A DNA stretch of 64,000 nt from Selaginella moellendorffii (lineage: Eukaryota; Plantae; Lycopodiophyta), in the NCBI RefSeq assembly GCF_000143415.4, contig NW_003314301.1, positions 1,294,981 to 1,358,980 on the forward strand, given 5' to 3'. The notes under the pieces are model-generated. The model saw only the letters and a list, made by a program, of their open reading frames with translations. It had not been told where the DNA came from and searched no databases. Within the stretch, counting starts at the first letter, position 1. Each line of letters starts with the position of its first letter. Positions 57,027 through 64,000 of this stretch are shown here, piece by piece. A program made the position numbers and the translations under genes.

Positions 57027-58702
57027 ATGGAGGCGAACCGGAGCGCGGTGGTGATGGATCCAAGCCGGCCTCCAAGCACGGTAAGTTTGGAGCATTCTTT
57101 CTCTTCTTTTTCGCTTGTGGTCGGTTGTCTTGAGTTGGTTTTTTATCTTATGGTTTTTTCGTTTTCCTCTTTTGCTTACCTAGGTGGTTCGTTTCGCAAG
57201 AGACGGTACTCTTCTTTCTCACACAAAGGATCAAAGAGGACAAAGGCAGCGGACGATCTGGGGAGCGCGTCGCAGGCATCTCCAAGTATGATGAGCCTCG
57301 ACTTTGAAGGTTGGTCTAGTCAATATTGTTTCTCCTTTTTACTGTTCTTACTGCTGCCGTACTTGCAGCCAAGCCTGGTACCTCCACCCCGACGTTGAGT
57401 GGAGCGTCTTCACCTCGGAAAACAGGTAACTCTTCTAACCTTCTACTTTGCTGGAGCGTTATTTTAGCTTTCTCATGTCTGTGGTGGTTGGTTGGAGCAG
57501 TCAAACTGAGCATCAAGTCATTCACGGTTCCGGAGCTGCTCATTGATATGCCCGAGTCCGCTACGGTGGCTAGCCTCAAGGCAAGTTGAAATACCTCTCC
57601 GCGTCATGAAATAACCTCGTGCCTGCTGTGCACAGAAAGCGGTTTTGGACGCAACTACTAATCTCTTGGGTGGCGGCCTGAAGATCCGTGTGTTCTTGCA
57701 CGGGAAGAGAGTCCCAGATGAAGAGGCCACGTTAGCCCAAGTTGGTCTTTCCCAGAATGGCAAGGCTGGATCGCTGGGCTTTATGCTAGAGCCGGCGTCT
57801 TCCTCGAGCTGTGAGGGGCCGCTTTTGGCGCTATCTCAGCAGGGATCATGGTAAGGAGAACTACAAACGAAATGGTGGCTAAATCGCATGTTTGAACTAC
57901 AGGTACACAGCCGACGGTAGCTGGGTGGTGGAAGATCAGGAGAAAACGGAAGATAACGCCGAGCAGAAGCCGGACATTGACGCGAAATGGACTGGTACTC
58001 ATCTGGTTTTACAGGGCTATAAGAACAAGTTCCAGAGTGTGACTGATGAAAGAACATATAAAGCACGGTTCGGGGAAACCACATCACCACAGCCGGACAT
58101 CAAGCAGTGCGAGGCTACCAGTCCATCGCTGATGCGAGCTTTGCCTCTTTCAGAAGCCGAAGGCCCTGGAGGACTAGTGCAGCGCGCGGCGGACAACTCG
58201 CAGGGCCTGGCGCTGGTGTCGCTGCAAAAGCAAATGTCGCTGGAAGGCACGAAGAGGAGGATACGGAGGCCGTTTACGATCGCCGAGGTGGAAGCGCTCG
58301 TCTTCGCCGTGGAGAAACTCGGCCTTGGAAGGTATGGGCTTTTCGCTTTTTCTTTTCGTTTTGTTTATTCCTGTTACTTATCCAGCCTCCATGTGTGCCT
58401 CGTGTCTCGTGTAGGTGGCGCGACGTGAAGTTATGGGCATTTGATCAAGCAAAGCATCGCACTTATGTCGACTTGAAGGTAAAGCATCGGTTTTTTCTTT
58501 CTCCCTCGCGCAAAGTCTCATAAACGCTTGCTGGTTCTAACAGGACAAGTGGAAAACTCTCGTGCACACTGCTCGGATCGCTCCCCACCAACGCAGGGGC
58601 GAGCCAGTCCCGGAAGAACTCCTGGAGCGAGTGATCAAAGCACAGGATTACTGGACTGCAAGGCAGGCCAAGCAACAAGCCGAATCAACCGCGGCAACTT
58701 AA
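57027..58702 (+). CDS. TRFL: Telomere repeat-binding protein (TRFL family I / TRP1-like), multi-exon
   Basis: Ubiquitin-like domain VKLSIKSFTVPELLIDMPESATVASLK...SLGFMLEP; Myb/telobox KRRIRRPFTIAEVEALVFAVEKLGLGRWRDVK...HRTYVDLKDKWKTLVHTA plus Myb-extension PHQRRGEPVPEELLERV. N-terminal exons are less certain. Confidence 0.9.
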
Positions 58703-59164
58703 CTTCCACTACCTCGTGAGGTACTGCTGGGCTGTGTACATAGATATATAGATGATCCAACACCACCAGGCTAGCAGCTCTTGGAAGTAATACTAGCTTA
58801 CCTTAACATCGTCATCGCCATCATCGTCAACACCACCACACAGATCAAAACTCTTCACTCTCTCGACTCCAACTCTACTCTCAAGCTGAACACCAACGAA
58901 AGAAGAAAAAGAAAAAAAAGGAAGAAGAAGACCATTCTTTTATTTTTATTCTTGTTGTATCACCTCTTTAACTCCCCAATTGTTCTGTACATCTATTTGT
59001 ATAGCAGCAATAAACATCTATACAAAACAAAACAATAGAAACATCAACGTTGTGAAAAAATGGCAAAAGAAAAAAAAATCGTTACTTTAGAAGATCTCTT
59101 CTCTAGACGCATAAAATATGAGATAGTGTTTTTACGTACGCGACTGTTCTTCTTGGATGGCTCT

Positions 59165-61088
59165 TTACTCGGCGGCTGCTTGCACCGAGGAGTCGTCGTA
59201 TTGCCACGGGTTGAAAGTGATCCCTGTCTGATCCACTCTGTCGCCGCTGGATTCCGCCTCGACCTTGGCACGGTGCTCCGCGTACTTGCCGTTGAATTCG
59301 TAGATCTCCAAGTCACCCCACGGCGTCGTACTGACATCTTCCGTGAGAGTAAACCACTTTGGCGTGAACTTCTCGGATCTCGACTCACGGACTTTCTTCT
59401 CGGCTCGCTGCTTGTCTTCCATCCTAAGTAAAGAGCATTTGGATTAAGTCAATGTCAATCGAGAGTGCTCGAAACGAAAGAGAAAAGTGTGCTAACCTTG
59501 ACTTCTCAGAGCCGGCTTTGCTCATCTCGCCCTTCTCCAGAGCGTAACGGTCCGGTCTCAGGCGTGAATCCGACGGAAGTAGCCCGTTTGGCGCCGTGTC
59601 GAAGCTGTTAATCTTGTGAGCAAAATGCGTGTACTGGAACTTATCGTTCTTGGGAACGTCCGCTACTCTCCACACCTGCATCAATTACAACCAGGTCAAA
59701 GATCCCTATATAACGATTCTCCATATCGCCCACCTCCTTCAGCTCAGATCCTGCTAACGGCTCGCCTTCGGAATCGCAGGGCTGGTAACTCATAAATGAG
59801 TTCCACTTCCCCGTAAGCAGAAGCTTGGGCTCCTCGTCCTTGTTGTAAACGTAGCCATCGACCTCATAACGACCAGATCTTTGCAAACAAACAGTAAGTA
59901 CTACGCACATCAAAGAAAGACTCTGATTTTACCCAAACCAGCCACAGGGTTGAAAATAAAGGATCACTTTGTCGCCAGTCGTGAGATTTGTCACAACATA
60001 ATCTCCGGGAGAGTCTATCCACGTTCTGCCAAATATCAAATTGTGCACCTTTGTTGGTGGCGGTACTAGATCAAGTACCACGCCAGATTTTTTTAGCACA
60101 ACTCGCGTCCTGAGAAAAAAGAGGCTCAGCCAACATTTTCAGGCATCCAGAACAAAAATCTCACCTTCCAACTGGGTAAACGTCGACAGAATTCCCGAGA
60201 AATTTCGTTTTCAGCTTCGAGGTGATGTCATAGGTGAAGTGCTCGTTCTCCGCATGTCCAGAGCTCATCGGAGGATGGTGACTGACCTACAGAACAAAAA
60301 CTTATAGAAGACCAGCCACAAAAGCGAGGAGATCAAAAGCACCTGCTCGGCGAGGAACGTTATGCCACTATGATTCACCATTTCATACGTCTCCCCGAGA
60401 ATAGGATTGAATGGCTTCCACGCACGTTCGTAAGCATAATATACAGAGATAGCCCAGCACGCTGTAGAAGAAAACAATCCGAATCAGCACCCCAGAAAGA
60501 GAATTCACCACTTACAAGCATAGACCATCCTCAAGTATGGATCTTCGCACTGATCAGCGAGGTCCAAAAGGTGTGCATACTCCATCAACTGTAGATAGAA
60601 TTTACAGCTTTGCCTCAAGGAAAAAGTTTTTCTTTACCTCGGCCATTCTTTGGAGCATCGTCATGGGCTCAAAAATCAAAACTGGCAGTGTCACCATGGA
60701 AGTGACGTCCGATCCAATATACTTGTGCATCATTTTCCAGTAGCTCTCACGATCCTATCGATCGTAAAGACCAAAGAGTGAGGAAACAAACAAAAACAAG
60801 TATTAAAAGAACAAGAAAAAGAACAAGGGAAGACTTACTTCTTGCTTGAAGCGGCCTTTGAGTGCTTCGCTCTCGGCATCCTCTTGGCCGCCTTCGGGAT
60901 TGATAACCTCTAGACCCTCCACGCCGCCCAGCATACTGGACAGAGATTCCTTCAGCTCTAGCTAGAATTGGGCGCTGGATCTGATCGATAGATACGCACC
61001 TGGAGACCGTGGCGCTGCTCCACGACGTAATGCTCGAGATCCTGTTCGAAATCGCGGAGAAAAATCCGCCATTCGCGTTGCTCGCCAT
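59165..61088 (-). CDS. ORP3: Oxysterol-binding protein-related protein, ORP3 subfamily, multi-exon
   Basis: [47 protein letters not shown] signature across a splice, [20 protein letters not shown]. Confidence 0.95.
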
Positions 61089-61331
61089 CGCGGCGCAAGA
61101 CGATCGAAATATTTCGCCCTCTCTCTTTTCCAGGGTTTCTTGGAAGATGCCCGGGGATATTCCGAGCGCGTGAGATGGGACGATCGTACGGATGTGGAAG
61201 AACTGCAAACAACGGCTATGATTGCTAGATACTTTAAATTCGTAAAGTGTGAGAATATTCATTTTTTATGCCGAGTATATTGGTTAGTTTTAAATTTTCA
61301 TATAACTCATATAACTCAATTATATATTTAA

Positions 61332-62288
61332 TTACCTATTAAACTGTACATCCAGAGGTGTTGAGAAAGGATTACAGATTCTATCAGCCCAACACCTTGT
61401 ATCTAAATCATATGACAATAGGTACGTTTCATTTACATGACTACAATATCCATAAAAATTCAAGTAGTTATCTGCTTGACCACCAAAGCTGATATGCAAT
61501 CCTTGCAAACCTTGAACCACATTCATACTCACCACAGCAATCTCACTGCCTGTCTTTGCACAAACCTCCTTAACTACAAACATACACTTGTCTTTCAGCC
61601 ACACCATGTAGAGCTTCTCCCTCCAGCTAGCCAAGCAGATGAACTTACCCTCCGTGACAGGACGGAGATCCTTGATTGTGATCGTGTTGCTCGCCACATC
61701 AAACTCAACAATCTGACGATGGGAGGCATCTATACAGGCCAATTTGTTTTGTATGAGCACCAGATCACTCCGTGAAGAGGTTTCAATCGTGATGGATTTA
61801 CACCATTCTGCCTGGCCGCAAGTGAAGGTGTGGATGTTGCCACTCCAGAACCACACCACAACCTTGAACTCCTCGGCAGTGGCCAAGAGGATCACCCTGG
61901 TGATCCTCGAAAAGTCCAAGAAAGGGATCTCTTCCCACCTGTTGGCAAAAGGATTCCCAACGTAGAGTTTTCTGGCCTTTGTAGAGCGAGCGAGAACGAG
62001 GCGCTTGTCTTGGGAGACAACACACAGCGAGTCGGGAACGTTGTCACTGCGAGGTTTCCAGTGCATCACCTTGCCACTGCTGTCCCGGATATAATTGGTT
62101 TCCGTGTAGCGTAACCTAGCACTGTCCTTGTAGGAGCTCCGGAAGCTGGGCTCGTCCACGGCTGCTTTCCACGCGCGGCACACGCATCTGGAGGTGAGAA
62201 CACCCGAGAATGGAAGCTTGCACAGGATTTGTCCCACAAGCTCGGGCATCAACGCCGATATTCCTGTGCCATTCTTCGTTGACGCCAT
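61332..62288 (-). CDS. F-box protein, intronless
   Basis: LMPELVGQILCKLPFSGVLTSRCVCRAWKAAV F-box; LYVGNPFANRWEEIP; first ATG at 62288. Confidence 0.85.
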   Translation of the reverse strand: MASTKNGTGISALMPELVGQILCKLPFSGVLTSRCVCRAWKAAVDEPSFRSSYKDSARLRYTETNYIRDSSGKVMHWKPRSDNVPDSLCVVSQDKRLVLARSTKARKLYVGNPFANRWEEIPFLDFSRITRVILLATAEEFKVVVWFWSGNIHTFTCGQAEWCKSITIETSSRSDLVLIQNKLACIDASHRQIVEFDVASNTITIKDLRPVTEGKFICLASWREKLYMVWLKDKCMFVVKEVCAKTGSEIAVVSMNVVQGLQGLHISFGGQADNYLNFYGYCSHVNETYLLSYDLDTRCWADRICNPFSTPLDVQFNR

Positions 62289-62691
62289 AACCCTAGGCCA
62301 ACTTCCCAACCCTTTTCAACTTTAAATACCTGAGGCATAAAACATTCTCGAAATATTCTCATGGCTACTTTATCTATTTAAAGTTTGAGAATAGGTTTGA
62401 GGGTGTTTCACCCTAGATGCCTTTAATCATTGATAGAAGAAGAAATGCAATGAAAATCAAAAGAAAGAATAGGTTTAAACATAACAATTATTGATATACG
62501 AATATTCACTTCGGGGCAGTTAACGGCTTCTAATTAAGCTGAGAATATTCGCCATTTTTATATTTTTAGGGCTCTTCCGCATTTTTGTAGCTTTGAGTGG
62601 ATTAGATCACTAGGCAGCGATGGATCTGATCGATCTGGGATCCAGCATTTCTCCTCTGCTGTGCTGCTAGGGCGTACAAGAGAAGAGGTCG

Positions 62692-63410
62692 ATGGGATGC
62701 GTCCTGGGCGCGGCGCGGGATAATCCCAAGTGCTACCTGGATATCTCGGCAGCTGGGGAATCGCTGGGGCGCCTGGTGATCGAGCTGCGCAAGGATGTGG
62801 TTCCAAGAACAGCGGAGAATTTCCGGGGCCTGTGCACGGGTGAGTATGGCGCGTGCTACAGGGGGAGCAGCATTCACAGGATTGTGCCAGGCTACGTTGC
62901 GCAGGCAAGAGATCTAGATCTGTGTGCGAGCTTGCGCTGAGATTTCTATTCTTCTTCCCAGGGGGGAGATTGTGGCAAATCGATCTATGGGAAGAGATTC
63001 GAGGACGAGAATTTCAAGCTCTTGCATACTTCCAAAGGGACGCTTTCCATGGCAAACAATGGCCCTCACACCAATGGTATAGTCCCAAATTCTCCTTGTT
63101 CTTTCCAAAATCTCTTGGATTCATCTCTTCTTTGATCCATTCTCTCGGTCTCAGGGACACAATTTTTCATCTCTTTGGGTAAATGCAAGCAACTAGATGG
63201 AAAGCACGTCGTGTTTGGCAAAGTCATCCAAGGTATAGTGCTCGTACTTTTGTACTTTTCTTTTTTATCTTCTACTACCACAGTGTAAAGTTCTCGCTAC
63301 GTTGATTTTCAGGCATTGAGCTTTTGGACTCGCTGGGCAACTTGGGGAGTAGCGAAGGAAGAACGATCAAAGAAGTAAAGATCCATGACTGTGGCGAGCT
63401 AGTTCAGTAA
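62692..63410 (+). CDS. Divergent single-domain cyclophilin (PPIase), 4 exons
   Basis: [35 protein letters not shown]|[27 protein letters not shown]|[24 protein letters not shown]; first intron GC-AG (62905-62961). Confidence 0.9.
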
Positions 63411-63790
63411 ATACTGTGAAAAAGAAAAACTATTTTCCTTTTCATACCTGTGAAAATAGGATATTGCGCAACAATATACAGCAAAGAGCCATGGAGTTGC
63501 TTCAAAGCTTAAATATATCTCAGATATATCTTGAGAGAAAGATCAAAATACAATATTGATGGAATAAGAAAGAACGCATAAAATTTATAACCCACTTTAC
63601 AAATATCATGAAGACCCATTCGTCTTCGTATTTGATGCATCTCACAAGGAACAGAAGGGTATATTCGATGGATAACCGTGTCGCAAAACCCTAAATTCTC
63701 TTCTTAGGGTTCTTTACATTTCTCTTCCTCTCAAACGCTACGATCGCGACGACGCGGCAACGATGAGCCTCGATCTGGCACGCCTGGATC

Positions 63791-64000
63791 ATGGCGAGCG
63801 CTCGGATGGGCAGCTTGCTGGCTGCATTGAAGCAATGCGGCAGCTCGAGAGATCTGGCAAGAGGAAAGCTTGTCCATGCCGCGGCGATCGAGCGCGGCGA
63901 TGTCTCGAGCATCCGGGTATGGAATTCTCTGATTAGCATGTATGGAAAATGCGGCAGCCTCACGGATGCGCGCCTTGTGTTTCACAGGATGCCCGGCCAC
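63791..64000 (+). CDS. 5' end of a PLS-class PPR protein (runs out of the window)
   Basis: MASARMGSLLAALKQCGSSRDLARGKLVHAAAIERG...VWNSLISMYGKCGSLTDARLVFHRMP, open to the window end. Confidence 0.85.
   Translation, partial: MASARMGSLLAALKQCGSSRDLARGKLVHAAAIERGDVSSIRVWNSLISMYGKCGSLTDARLVFHRMPGH

Overview
Eukaryotic plant nuclear DNA. The very compact genes, 45-80 bp introns, PLS/DYW:WW PPR genes and intronless F-box genes suggest a lycophyte such as Selaginella (inference). Bases 1-19.6 kb are gene-dense: end of a P-class PPR, TPR-SET, villin, SYP3 syntaxin, PLS-PPR with an aberrant DYW:WW domain, atypical bZIP, tafazzin, BTF3/NAC-beta and FIS1. A degenerate F-box-like ORF follows. About 22.9-55.3 kb is a nested transposon island: an old Ty3/gypsy element containing a TRIM, a chromovirus, and a second TRIM that holds a MULE-like insertion with a GC-rich hairpin array and a mini-LTR element; then a short-LTR gypsy element and a non-autonomous LARD-like element with ABRE-rich LTRs. 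Bases 57-64 kb hold TRFL telomere-binding protein, ORP3, an F-box gene, a divergent cyclophilin and the start of another PLS-PPR. The most striking observation is that the chromovirus integrase is interrupted by two small GT-AG introns whose removal exactly restores conserved integrase motifs, implying splicing-dependent integrase production with unspliced RNA serving as genome. A 100-N assembly gap lies at 32072-32171. All coordinates were read by eye; no searches were run.
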